Source: Bdellovibrionales bacterium RIFOXYD12_FULL_39_22 | Lineage (GTDB): Bacteria > Bdellovibrionota > Bacteriovoracia > Bacteriovoracales > Bacteriovoracaceae | DNA: 47,342 nt | Reading direction: 5' to 3' | NCBI GenBank assembly: GCA_001770205.1 | Contig: MEQL01000057.1 | Location: 62,001-109,342 of the forward strand | Shown: piece by piece, positions 9,568 to 18,594 of the stretch | How positions within the stretch are numbered: position 1 is the first letter of the stretch | Layout: every line of letters starts with the position of its first letter | Notes under the pieces: generated by a model | Seen by the model: the letters and a program-made list of their open reading frames with translations, nothing else | Database searches by the model: none | What the model was told of the DNA's origin: nothing | Translations under genes and position numbers: made by a program

Positions 9568-9572
9568 AAGCC

Positions 9573-9854
9573 ACGGTCAACATCGTTGAAATTTCTAAGA
9601 AAGCAGAAAAAGATATCATAAAGCTTCCGTCTTACATCCAACAGAAGCTACGGTTGTGGGTCAATGATGTTGAGAAATTAGGACTTAGTGAGGTTCAAAA
9701 AATACCTGACTTTCATGATGAACCTCTTAAAGGCCATAGAAAAAATCAGCGCTCAATTAGATTAAATAACGCATATAGGGCGATCTACACAATAAGAGAC
9801 GATGGTGTTGTGGAATTTGTGTATGTCGAGGAGGTAAATAAACATGACTACTAA
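9573..9854 (+). CDS. HigB/RelE-superfamily mRNA interferase toxin (ACG at the apparent start; possibly inactivated)
   Basis: Frame open from ACG at 9573, with TAA at 9567 upstream: (T)VNIVEISKKAEKDIIKLPSYIQQKLRLW...FHDEPLKGHRKNQRSIRLNNAYRAIY, a full-length 93-aa RelE/HigB-type protein. Lies upstream of an HTH antitoxin. Confidence 0.82.
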   Translation, partial: TVNIVEISKKAEKDIIKLPSYIQQKLRLWVNDVEKLGLSEVQKIPDFHDEPLKGHRKNQRSIRLNNAYRAIYTIRDDGVVEFVYVEEVNKHDY

Positions 9855-10158
9855 TAAAAAAAGCGATGCTATGAAATTTCTGGATAAGACGATTGGCCCT
9901 CCGATGACGTTCGGGAGCACCATTGAATCCATCCGCCTGTCGGATTCCATATCGCAAGTTACCTTTGCCAAAAAACTTGGTATCTCTCAGGCCCATCTTT
10001 CTCAAATTGAAAAAGGTGTTAAGTCGGTCAGTCCGGAGCGGGCCAAAAAATTTGCTAAAATTTTAGGCTACTCTGAAGTTACGTTTGTGGAACTTGCTCT
10101 ACAAGATCAGTTCAAAAGATCTGGTATTAAAATGAAAATACACCTTGAAGCGGCCTAA
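9844..10158 (+). CDS. HigA-like antitoxin, XRE-family HTH
   Basis: [23 protein letters not shown] helix-turn-helix; GAGGAGG RBS; overlaps the toxin stop (toxin-first order). Confidence 0.88.
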   Translation: MTTNKKSDAMKFLDKTIGPPMTFGSTIESIRLSDSISQVTFAKKLGISQAHLSQIEKGVKSVSPERAKKFAKILGYSEVTFVELALQDQFKRSGIKMKIHLEAA

Positions 10159-10239
10159 TATTTCTACCCTTGCTACGCCGCCATCTGACAGCACGCGGTT
10201 AGAAAGTCGTCGATCTGGGAGCAGCGATATTCCGGCCGA

Positions 10240-10720
10240 GACATCGTTGTGCTTGATTCACGCACGCAGAAATTTTGTTAATTTGGTTGACCGCAAGATA
10301 CCAGAGCGTACTCTTACTTACGAAGAGAAAAAGTGTTATCAAGTTATCGCTATCGTTGCTAGAGTGTATAAATTTGAAGCTGAAGTAAGGGCAAACAAGC
10401 TTAATGATCAAGATAGGATGATATATCATCAAAAGCGCAGCGGGCCACTGCTGCGGGCCATGTTGCGTTGGTGTCAGTCGATATTTGCCACCAGAAAAGT
10501 TGGGCCAAACTCTAATCTTGGGAAAGCGGTTTCTTATTTTATCGAGCATAATGTTGGATTATTCAAGTTTTTAAGTGTGCCTGGCGCATTTGTTGATAAT
10601 ACCCACACGGAAAGAGTCATTAAGTCGGTTGCACAACATCGAAAAGCATCACTATTTTTTAGAAACGAATTAGGTGCTTTGATTGGAGACATAATTCTGA
10701 GTGGCCAAAAGAAAAATTAG
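10240..10720 (+). pseudogene. IS66-family transposase (TnpC) internal fragment
   Basis: [19 protein letters not shown] and [22 protein letters not shown] match the IS66 CWAHARRKF, LGKAxxY and DNNxxERxIR...RKNxLF motifs. No N-terminus or accessory genes. Left boundary approximate. Confidence 0.8.
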
Positions 10721-10749
10721 TCAGCAAAAAGGCTCCTATTTGCTGACTA
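10706..10749 (-). terminator. Intrinsic terminator of the 10760-12199 gene
   Basis: Perfect 11-bp stem TAGTCAGCAAA (10718-10728) / TTTGCTGACTA (10739-10749), followed on the minus strand by ATTTTTCTTTT; 10 bp from the stop codon. Confidence 0.7.
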
Positions 10750-10759
10750 CTCAGTTATT

Positions 10760-12199
10760 TTACCAGTTGATTACCGCACCAGCAAAGCCGATATTCTCGT
10801 AAATCACATTTCCACTCTGCTGAGTATCCTCACGATAAATTGCTTCAAGATTGAGAGAGCATTTTCCGTAAGTGGTAAAGATATCAGTGCCAAAAACCTT
10901 ATTGAAAAAGTCAGCCATCCCATCATCAAATTGAGTATATGAGATTCCTGCGATCGCTTCTACTCTTGACTCTAATTCTTCCCCGTTACTTTTTACAAGA
11001 TTATTTGCGTATGTCGATCCAGCATGTAGTGCAATTGAAGGATATTTTTTTAACTTATGCACTAAAATCAAAGAGGCGCTGTTTTGCGATGAGCTATTTT
11101 CACCAAATGCATAGTCAATAAATAGTTCGTTCCGTGGCGAAAGTCTTAATACAACTCCTGCCCCAGCAGTTGTATTATCAAAGTTACGCTTTTTTCCAAA
11201 TGACACGTAGACATCATAATTGTCTCGCTTTTGGAAAAGAAGTCGAATCAACATTGAGTCAAGTTTTTCTATATCCGCATGTCGATCAAAATCTTCATCA
11301 GAAAAATTTGCAACTCGTTCAATATAATCCGAGGCATTATAGAAAACTTCTCTGTCATGGAAAAAAGTAGCATCTACTCTAAAAGTCGATGTCCTGTTTA
11401 CTGATTCTGCATATCCCACGGTAACTCCTGTTGTCGCAGCAGCTCCTCCGGCCAATTGAGTTTGTGATCTTGTTGGACGATAGTAATCTAATTCTGAAAG
11501 GCCTGAATCATCCTGGGCCGGCCCATTTTCTACCACGTATTTTCCGGCCTTGAAATATACGATTGCTTTATCATCATTTTTCTCACCAGTAATTTTTCCT
11601 CGAACTTTACCAATAACACCTTCAATTACTTTACCAAAAACTACTGCAATTTCCTGATAAGCTGTTTCATCTTTAATTTCATCAACCCTATCATCAAGTT
11701 TGTTTTTTTGTGCCTCGATAACAGTATTCATACTCTTAATCGTGTCGCTGATTAGTTTAGCACGCATGCTCTCTTGCATTTGTGTTGGCATCATTGGGAA
11801 ATATAGATTACCCGCCAAGGCGGCATTAACACCTTTTTCAACTTTTGCTTGTACTTTTTCATCAACCGCGTCATGTAAATCTTCTTTAACTTTATCTTCA
11901 AGTAAAAATGGCGCCATTGAAAATTTTAAACTCAACTCTGCGACAAATAGAATGTTTTCAGTATAGAGGGCAGGAAGTCCGGCATCCTTTAAAATTCTAG
12001 TAAGTCTCATTTTTGTAAACGGAGTCATATAGGACATTGAAATATTTGACTGGTTGATCTCTGGTTTTCCAGACTCGTCGATAAATGACTTAAAACGCAG
12101 GTTGATATCAAATTCTCCGGCCATTGTTTTTATTTTCATCTCAGCAAATACCGTGGTTGATATAAAGATTGTTAACATTGTGACTAACAGATAACGCAT
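10760..12199 (-). CDS. Secreted, probable outer-membrane beta-barrel protein with a helical insertion
   Basis: GGAGG RBS before ATG at 12199; signal peptide MRYLLVTMLTIFISTTVFA; alternating beta-strand pattern in the C-terminal half; ends in aromatic residue (FAGAVINW). Confidence 0.6.
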   Translation of the reverse strand: MRYLLVTMLTIFISTTVFAEMKIKTMAGEFDINLRFKSFIDESGKPEINQSNISMSYMTPFTKMRLTRILKDAGLPALYTENILFVAELSLKFSMAPFLLEDKVKEDLHDAVDEKVQAKVEKGVNAALAGNLYFPMMPTQMQESMRAKLISDTIKSMNTVIEAQKNKLDDRVDEIKDETAYQEIAVVFGKVIEGVIGKVRGKITGEKNDDKAIVYFKAGKYVVENGPAQDDSGLSELDYYRPTRSQTQLAGGAAATTGVTVGYAESVNRTSTFRVDATFFHDREVFYNASDYIERVANFSDEDFDRHADIEKLDSMLIRLLFQKRDNYDVYVSFGKKRNFDNTTAGAGVVLRLSPRNELFIDYAFGENSSSQNSASLILVHKLKKYPSIALHAGSTYANNLVKSNGEELESRVEAIAGISYTQFDDGMADFFNKVFGTDIFTTYGKCSLNLEAIYREDTQQSGNVIYENIGFAGAVINW

Positions 12200-12389
12200 A
12201 TTTCCTCCTATAATTTTACTCATACTCAAAAGATAGCACCGGCCATAATTGGGGGGAAAAGAAGTATAAGATCCATGGCAAATTTACAGAAACTGTTTAA
12301 ACTTTAGACGATCTATTTCTTATCCGTTATAGTTTTTTGGATTTTGATTTTTATGAAAAAAATAATACTTGCAATTAATCCCCCCCCCC

Positions 12390-12420
12390 NNNNNNNNNNN
12401 NNNNNNNNNNNNNNNNNNNN
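12390..12420. other. Assembly/scaffold gap (31 N) preceded by a poly-C run
   Basis: Ns visible in the sequence. Confidence 1.
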
Positions 12421-12592
12421 ATATAGAAGTTATGATATCGCCATATAGTTATTTTTTTAAATTCATGTTGATACTAGCGCAAGTTTTTGGCACGCACCTT
12501 CTTGATTAAAATCGAATAACTTTTAAACAGCAAGCTTTGTAAATAATAGAGGGATATTATGCTTTTCTCCTATTCCGTGCGATACTAAGTGT

Positions 12593-13651
12593 ATGAGACC
12601 ATCAGTAATTATATCCAAATTAGTTTTTTTCTCTTTGATTATTTCTTTTTGTCTCGATTGCAAATTGTTGGGTCAAGAAAGAAGTTCGGCAAATAACGAT
12701 TATGTTGCGATCGATAATCATGTGCATTACATGAGTCCCGAAAATTGGCAAGCCTTGGACTCGGAAGATCTTTTAGAGCACCGACCGATCAATACCGAAG
12801 TTGTCTTTGAACATATGCAAAATACCCCCATCAAACGAGTGGTGGCATTAAGTTCGGGATATCGATTTAATAACTCAAAAGAAAAGATGATGCATGAGAA
12901 TAATTTCGTTGCTAATGAGGCCAACCGTTATCCTGGAAAAGTCATTCCCTTCTGTGGAGTGCCGATGAGGCCAGATTGGGCGCTTGGAGAAATAGTTAGG
13001 TGTATGAAAGATCTAAATATGGAGGGTCTTAAAATTCATCCAACGGCCAGTGGAGTTTATGGAGAGGACTTTGATAAGAAAAATACTATAGTACTCTTTG
13101 ATGATATTTATGCGTTAATAAATTCATTGCAAATAAAGTTAAAAAGGCCCATCCCTATTTTGGTTGATACTAATTGGTGGCCTCCTGGGGAAAAAAGTTA
13201 TGAGAAAATGTTTGCCTTTGTAAAAAAATATCCAGAAGTTCCTACCATCTGGGCCCATGCGCTTAGCTTTGATTGGGAAGATGGCCTCACAAAATTGGCC
13301 ACAGAAATAAAAGAATTCCCTCAGCTTTATAAGAACTTATTAATAGATCTTAGTGCTATTCCGGTAATGCTTTTTAATAAAGATATTGTTCTCACTGATG
13401 CGATTACTGCACCAGCAATTAACCCAGAAAAATTTGTAATGTTGCTTCGCAAGGTAGGAATAGAAAAATTTGTTTTTGGATCTGATTTTCCCTTTATTTC
13501 GGCACAAGAGACCCTTGATGTTCTAGAACAATATCCATTCACGCAGAAGGAATTATCTCAAATTATTAATAATAACTATTACCGCATAAAAACCCCAAGT
13601 GTTTTAAGAAGTGGGTGCTTAAATGCCGCAAGTAGATTGTTGAAAGGATAG
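12593..13651 (+). CDS. Amidohydrolase-family metallohydrolase, probably exported
   Basis: IDNHVH, GLKIHP, WAH and FGSDFPF motifs; hydrophobic N-terminus. Confidence 0.85.
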   Translation: MRPSVIISKLVFFSLIISFCLDCKLLGQERSSANNDYVAIDNHVHYMSPENWQALDSEDLLEHRPINTEVVFEHMQNTPIKRVVALSSGYRFNNSKEKMMHENNFVANEANRYPGKVIPFCGVPMRPDWALGEIVRCMKDLNMEGLKIHPTASGVYGEDFDKKNTIVLFDDIYALINSLQIKLKRPIPILVDTNWWPPGEKSYEKMFAFVKKYPEVPTIWAHALSFDWEDGLTKLATEIKEFPQLYKNLLIDLSAIPVMLFNKDIVLTDAITAPAINPEKFVMLLRKVGIEKFVFGSDFPFISAQETLDVLEQYPFTQKELSQIINNNYYRIKTPSVLRSGCLNAASRLLKG

Positions 13652-13758
13652 GAAGATTAAACATTAGTATCTAGTCTGCATAAATCAGATAGTATGGCGC
13701 AAAAACTCAATCAGTAAAGGTAGATTTACCATCGACTAATCAGTGAAAATATTGTTCA

Positions 13759-14388
13759 CTATGGCCAAATCGTCGATACTCGAAACATATTGTCTATGCC
13801 CAGTTTACCCAACGTTGAAGAAAAAAATTCAAATACTTTATTGGGGAAGTTGGTATCGGGCCCAACCCAATCTGCTCGCACATAAAAAAAACAACGATCT
13901 TTATGTGCGCTAGCATTAATCTCTCCCTTTAAATCTTTCAAAAAACCTTTATCAAAAACAAAATTATATTTGCCAGGTTCGGTGATCCGCTCAATTTTAA
14001 AATCTAAAATCATGTTGAAAGGAAGGATGGGACTAGAAAGCAAAAGATTAATCCGCTCGCTCTTTTCGTCATAAGTAGATTCTTTAACAAAACTCAAATA
14101 ATCTTTCTGTTTTTCATACAACGACATTTTGCGCAAGGCAAAGGTACAACTTTTTTTATGCAGGCCCGCGGCATGAAATTTCAGTGTCTGAATTTTTTTC
14201 TTATCCTTTTCTAAATTAGTAACTATCGACTCAACAAAAGTTTTATCTTCTAAAATTTCACTCTTGGTTATTTCGTTTAAAGGCGCCTCTTCGAAGGTGA
14301 CTGCACCACCATTATTGTTGGCCGCCGCAATAATTTTTACCTCAATAACAGAGAGAATCAGTATGACAATAAGGTATTTTACGCTCAT
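13759..14388 (-). CDS. Secreted hypothetical protein (possibly START/SRPBCC-like fold)
   Basis: Signal-like N-terminus; the helix, beta-sheet and C-terminal helix pattern is only loosely reminiscent of SRPBCC. Confidence 0.55.
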   Translation of the reverse strand: MSVKYLIVILILSVIEVKIIAAANNNGGAVTFEEAPLNEITKSEILEDKTFVESIVTNLEKDKKKIQTLKFHAAGLHKKSCTFALRKMSLYEKQKDYLSFVKESTYDEKSERINLLLSSPILPFNMILDFKIERITEPGKYNFVFDKGFLKDLKGEINASAHKDRCFFYVRADWVGPDTNFPNKVFEFFSSTLGKLGIDNMFRVSTIWP

Positions 14389-14554
14389 ATTTATGACTCA
14401 CTGTGCATTTTCTTGTTTCAAATCACTATTTTTTTTTACTATCATAAAGAATACAAAAGAGCGGATCCAATTTATACTAAAAAATTTTGGTAAGATGATG
14501 TTTTATGTTTTTATTTTAATTTTAATTTTTAATTTATTGCAGAGGACAAAATAG

Positions 14555-16507
14555 ATGACAGAAATAGTTTCAGTAAAGAGAAAGGGAAAAGCACATGATG
14601 CCGTCATTGAACATAAAGATCAGCGATGGCATTGTCGCCATCGCATTACTCTCGTATTTGGAAGCAATGATGTTGAAGATTTAGAAACCTACCTTTATCG
14701 TGATAATAAAGTAGAATTTACTACCGTCAAATTTCACCAGGCAAAATCCAAGGCCATTGAAGAAATTTTAGATAATTGCATCGATGAGTTTTACCGCGGA
14801 CATGTGACTGAAATTCACACCACTCTATCGGAAGATAAAAAAACAGTGGCAGTAGAAGATAATGGCATAGGCTTTCCGCTTAAGATGATTGCTCCTGTTT
14901 ATACGGAATTTAGAACCGGCTCTAAATTTAAAGATGAAGAAGTGGATGAAGATGGGTTTATGCATCGAACATTAGGCCAAAACGGCCTAGGTGCAGCGGC
15001 CACCTGCCTCACCTCCGATCTTTTTCAAGTGCGCGTTAGACACTATAATTCTAAGCAAGAACAAACCTACACTTTCGAAGATGGAGCACTAACCACCAAA
15101 AAGAGTAAGCCCAAAACATTTACTGGACACTCCGGCGTACGCGTTGAGTTAATGTTGGCGCGAGAGGTCTACAAAAATGTAGTTATAGATGAGGATCTAT
15201 TGCGCAAGCGAATCATCGATCTGGCCTACAACAATCCCGGACTAACTTTCTACTTTAATAAGGAAAAATATCTTTTTAAAAAGGGCCTTTTTGAACTGGC
15301 CCAATACATTGGTGGGGAAACAGCATACCATATAGGTGATACTACGGCCGTTTTTGATTCCACCACAGCAAAGGGTAAAACGGCAAAAGGAAAGATCGAC
15401 TTAAGTATTTCAGTAGTTATTGATAAGGCCAGCGAAGCGCGTGAGCGAGTAATCTCTTTTGCCAACTCCAGTCCAACTTTTGATGGCGGCTTCCATCAAG
15501 ATAAAGTCAAAAGACTCTTTATCAATATCCTCAAAGAAAAATTAGAACGCTCTATAAAGAAAGAAAAAATCTCTATCACCGATAATGATATTTTAACCGG
15601 CATGACTTTTATTATTGGGGTCACGATGCCCAACCCTCGCTTTGAATCACAGACTAAAAGAAAATTAGTACGCGATGCCCAGCTGGAAAAAGTTATAGAT
15701 GGATTCATGTCCGACAACATGGAAAAGTTTATTCGCAAAAACAAAGAATATCTAGATGTAGTGCTTGATCGAGCACGATCTCGCCATCGCTTTCAAGAAT
15801 TTAAAGATGCTGAAAAAATATCAAAAAAACAAAAGCGAAAACGCATAGAAAAATTACTAGACGCTAACGAAAGACGTGATCGCACCAAATGTACCTTATT
15901 TATTTGCGAAGGAGATTCGGCCATTGGCGGATTGCGGTCAGCACGCAACAAGTTATATCAGGGAGGAATTGCACTCAAGGGAAAACCCATGAATGTGGCG
16001 CAAGCATCCATCAACGATATTTTAAACAATCAAGAGTTCTCTGATATTATGGCGGCCATCGGCCTAACACTGGGACAACCAGTAGATTTTGAAAACTTGC
16101 GTTTTTCCCAAATAGTATATCTTTCCGACTCAGATGTGGATGGTGGACATATCAACACACTTCTTACTAATTTTTTCTTCACCTTCTGGCCTGAACTTTT
16201 TGAGCGCGGCATGATTCAATTGGCCAAGGCCCCGCTGTTTGAGGTGGCAACTGACAGTGGAAAAATCTATGTCGAATCTCCTGCCGAGTTAGAAAATTTA
16301 AAAAAGAGTGGAGCAAAAATAAAAGAAATTCAACGTAACAAAGGTTTGGGAGAGATGTCTCCCGAGGCCTTTAAACATGTGCTAATGAAGGGTGTTTATA
16401 CCAAGATTGCAGTGCCCGATAGACAACGAGCAAAAGAGATGTTGGATGTCTGCTTTGGCAAAGACACCGCACCTCGCAAAGATCTATTAATTGATAAAGC
16501 AGAATAA
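14555..16507 (+). CDS. Type IIA DNA topoisomerase, ATPase/TOPRIM (B) subunit, atypical
   Basis: GHKL motifs EEILDNCIDE, EDNGIG, GQNGLG; NPRFESQTK; TOPRIM motifs CEGDSA, LKGK, DSDVDGGHI, KGLGEM. Confidence 0.93.
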   Translation: MTEIVSVKRKGKAHDAVIEHKDQRWHCRHRITLVFGSNDVEDLETYLYRDNKVEFTTVKFHQAKSKAIEEILDNCIDEFYRGHVTEIHTTLSEDKKTVAVEDNGIGFPLKMIAPVYTEFRTGSKFKDEEVDEDGFMHRTLGQNGLGAAATCLTSDLFQVRVRHYNSKQEQTYTFEDGALTTKKSKPKTFTGHSGVRVELMLAREVYKNVVIDEDLLRKRIIDLAYNNPGLTFYFNKEKYLFKKGLFELAQYIGGETAYHIGDTTAVFDSTTAKGKTAKGKIDLSISVVIDKASEARERVISFANSSPTFDGGFHQDKVKRLFINILKEKLERSIKKEKISITDNDILTGMTFIIGVTMPNPRFESQTKRKLVRDAQLEKVIDGFMSDNMEKFIRKNKEYLDVVLDRARSRHRFQEFKDAEKISKKQKRKRIEKLLDANERRDRTKCTLFICEGDSAIGGLRSARNKLYQGGIALKGKPMNVAQASINDILNNQEFSDIMAAIGLTLGQPVDFENLRFSQIVYLSDSDVDGGHINTLLTNFFFTFWPELFERGMIQLAKAPLFEVATDSGKIYVESPAELENLKKSGAKIKEIQRNKGLGEMSPEAFKHVLMKGVYTKIAVPDRQRAKEMLDVCFGKDTAPRKDLLIDKAE

Positions 16508-16547
16508 GATAGAGTAAGGCAAAATAAATTTACGGCGGAGAATATAA

Positions 16548-18026
16548 ATGGCAATGGATGATTTAATTTTTAACTCTTTGGAATCAATTCCTCTCGATGA
16601 TGTAGTCATTGAAGAATATAAACTTTATCAGCTTTATACGCTGATGGATCGGGCCATCCCCTACTTGCAAGATGGCCTAAAACCTGGCCAGCGCCGCATT
16701 TTGTACACTCTGTGGAAAAATCAGGGTAAGGGCCTACTAAAAGTTTCTTCCGCTACCGGATTAGTTTTAACGCTGCATCCCCATGGCCCGGCCTCAGTAG
16801 AATCGGCCATTGTTAATCTGGCGCAAGATTACACCTTTGCCAATAACTATCCTCTCATTGACAAAAAAGGATATTTTGGAGAACGAATGGAGCCAACCCC
16901 GGCGGCCGGGCGATACATTGAGTGTAAGTTAGGAAAAATGGCCGAGATCTTACTGTTTGATGATATTAATCAAGTAGAGATGGTACCCAATTACGATGAA
17001 AAAACGGTGGAACCCCTCTGCTTTCTTCCCAAATTACCGTTGATGCTTCTAAATGGGGCAGAGGGAATTGGCACAGGTTTTTCCTCTGTAATTCCAAGTT
17101 TCCACCATGAAGATATCATTGATTCAATGATTAACATGGCCGAGAATGGAAAACCAAAAAAACTAAAACCCTTCTTCTTAAACTATAACGCCAGGCCAGA
17201 AATTGATTCTTCTGGAAAATTAACCTTTGAGATGAAATTTGAGTTAATCGGTGATGATGTTTTTATCACCGAAATTCCTCGCAACTATGACTCCTCAAGA
17301 GTCTATAAACATCTAGGTAAATTTATCGATAGCGGTTATCTGAAAGATTATATCGACTCCTCCGTGGACAATGAAATTAAAATTGAATTAATTTTTAAAC
17401 GAGGGGCGCGGCCACCGCTGGAAGAAATCATTAAAACCATGGGGTGTAATACTTCGCTTGTGCCCAACTATACTCTAATTTCTGAGCGTGGCGTGCGAAT
17501 TTTTAATAATGCCGAAGAAATTATTGTCTGGTTTACTGCTAAGCGTTTAGAGGTGGTAAAGCGACGCTATGAACTTCTGTGTACAGAGTATGAGCAAAAA
17601 ATTCGCCAGAGTAATGAGATTATTCGTTTTATCAAGCAAAAACACTATGTCGAAGCAACCAAGGTTAAAAACAGAAAAACATTCATTGAATATTTGGAAA
17701 AAAACAAGTTTACTTTTTCGGAATATCTGGCCGATATGCCCATCTACCGCATGACCAAAGACGAGGTAGAAAAACGGGTGCTAATGGTAAAAGAGGATTC
17801 AGAATTGCTCAAGCAGTTTGAAAAAATCGCCAAGTCGAAAAACTTAGTCCAAAAGAAGTTAATAGAAGAATTGGATGACGTTAAAAAACAAATTAATGAT
17901 TGGCTTAAGCAAAAAGAGATTCAGCGGGCCAAATTGCAAAAGGAGCTAGCAAAAAAAGATAAAGAGATTTTGAAAAAGAAAAAAGAAAAAGAAAAAGAAA
18001 AAGAAAAAGAAAAAGAGCTGCAGTAG
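16548..18026 (+). CDS. Type IIA DNA topoisomerase, cleavage (A) subunit lacking the beta-pinwheel CTD
   Basis: RAIP..DGLKPGQRR, HPHG, catalytic AAGRY, LLNGAEGIGTGF, ITEIP; only 492 aa, ending in a K/E-rich tail. Confidence 0.93.
   Translation: MAMDDLIFNSLESIPLDDVVIEEYKLYQLYTLMDRAIPYLQDGLKPGQRRILYTLWKNQGKGLLKVSSATGLVLTLHPHGPASVESAIVNLAQDYTFANNYPLIDKKGYFGERMEPTPAAGRYIECKLGKMAEILLFDDINQVEMVPNYDEKTVEPLCFLPKLPLMLLNGAEGIGTGFSSVIPSFHHEDIIDSMINMAENGKPKKLKPFFLNYNARPEIDSSGKLTFEMKFELIGDDVFITEIPRNYDSSRVYKHLGKFIDSGYLKDYIDSSVDNEIKIELIFKRGARPPLEEIIKTMGCNTSLVPNYTLISERGVRIFNNAEEIIVWFTAKRLEVVKRRYELLCTEYEQKIRQSNEIIRFIKQKHYVEATKVKNRKTFIEYLEKNKFTFSEYLADMPIYRMTKDEVEKRVLMVKEDSELLKQFEKIAKSKNLVQKKLIEELDDVKKQINDWLKQKEIQRAKLQKELAKKDKEILKKKKEKEKEKEKEKELQ
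17985..18014 (+). repeat. (GAAAAA)5 in-frame hexanucleotide tandem repeat encoding EK repeats
   Basis: Five perfect copies at the 3' end of the topoisomerase A-subunit gene. Confidence 0.9.
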
Positions 18027-18157
18027 ATTCTGACAATTTTTGTCGGCCAGGAGCTGCATAAACTATTTCAACTTTTTTAATAGAAAACAGAAAATATATC
18101 TGCTAACCTATCAAGTAGTTATCGTTTTTAAATGATGGTTTTCATGGAGGAAGATTT

Positions 18158-18586
18158 ATGAGTTTAACTAAAGCGGACATTGTAGAACGCGTCTTCAAAG
18201 AGGCAAATTTTTCAAAGAAAGAGGCCGCTGAAGTAGTCGAGTTAGTTTTTAAAGTTATCAAGGATACTCTCTCTCAAGGAGAAAAAGTTAAAATTTCTGG
18301 CTTCGGAAATTTTACCATTCGAGACAAGGCAACTCGCATTGGACGCAATCCTCAGACTGGTGAGTCTATGGAAATTTCCGCCAGGCGAGTATTGACCTTC
18401 CGTCCATCACAAGTGCTAAAAGAAGACATAACCTTGCGCTATGCCCATCGTTTGGATAATGAAGGTAATGAGAATACCGCTCTACCTCCAAAGGAAGTAG
18501 TTGCTCGTGCACTAAATTCTTTCATGTCTAATGAAGATACTCCAGATGGTGAGGATGATGATTTTGAGGACAACCACGAAAATTAG
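18158..18586 (+). CDS. ihfA: Integration host factor subunit alpha with a C-terminal extension
   Basis: MSLTKADIVE, VKISGFGNF, GRNPQTGE, ISARRVLTFRPS; followed by a MerR gene, the usual ihfA context. Confidence 0.88.
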   Translation: MSLTKADIVERVFKEANFSKKEAAEVVELVFKVIKDTLSQGEKVKISGFGNFTIRDKATRIGRNPQTGESMEISARRVLTFRPSQVLKEDITLRYAHRLDNEGNENTALPPKEVVARALNSFMSNEDTPDGEDDDFEDNHEN

Positions 18587-18594
18587 GAAGCTAG

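Noticed and set aside
10145..10240. 5' part of ORF 10145-10720 as a real gene start
   Set aside because: The TTG lies inside the antitoxin gene and the first 30 or so residues show no transposase similarity; only the downstream part is IS66-derived.
12488..12503. Sigma54-like TGGCAC-N5-TTCT upstream of the amidohydrolase
   Set aside because: The -12 element lacks the conserved GC.
14555..18026. Naming the topoisomerase genes gyrB/gyrA or parE/parC, or calling a prophage
   Set aside because: No GyrA box or CTD, and motifs deviate from both families; no phage structural, integrase or replication genes nearby.
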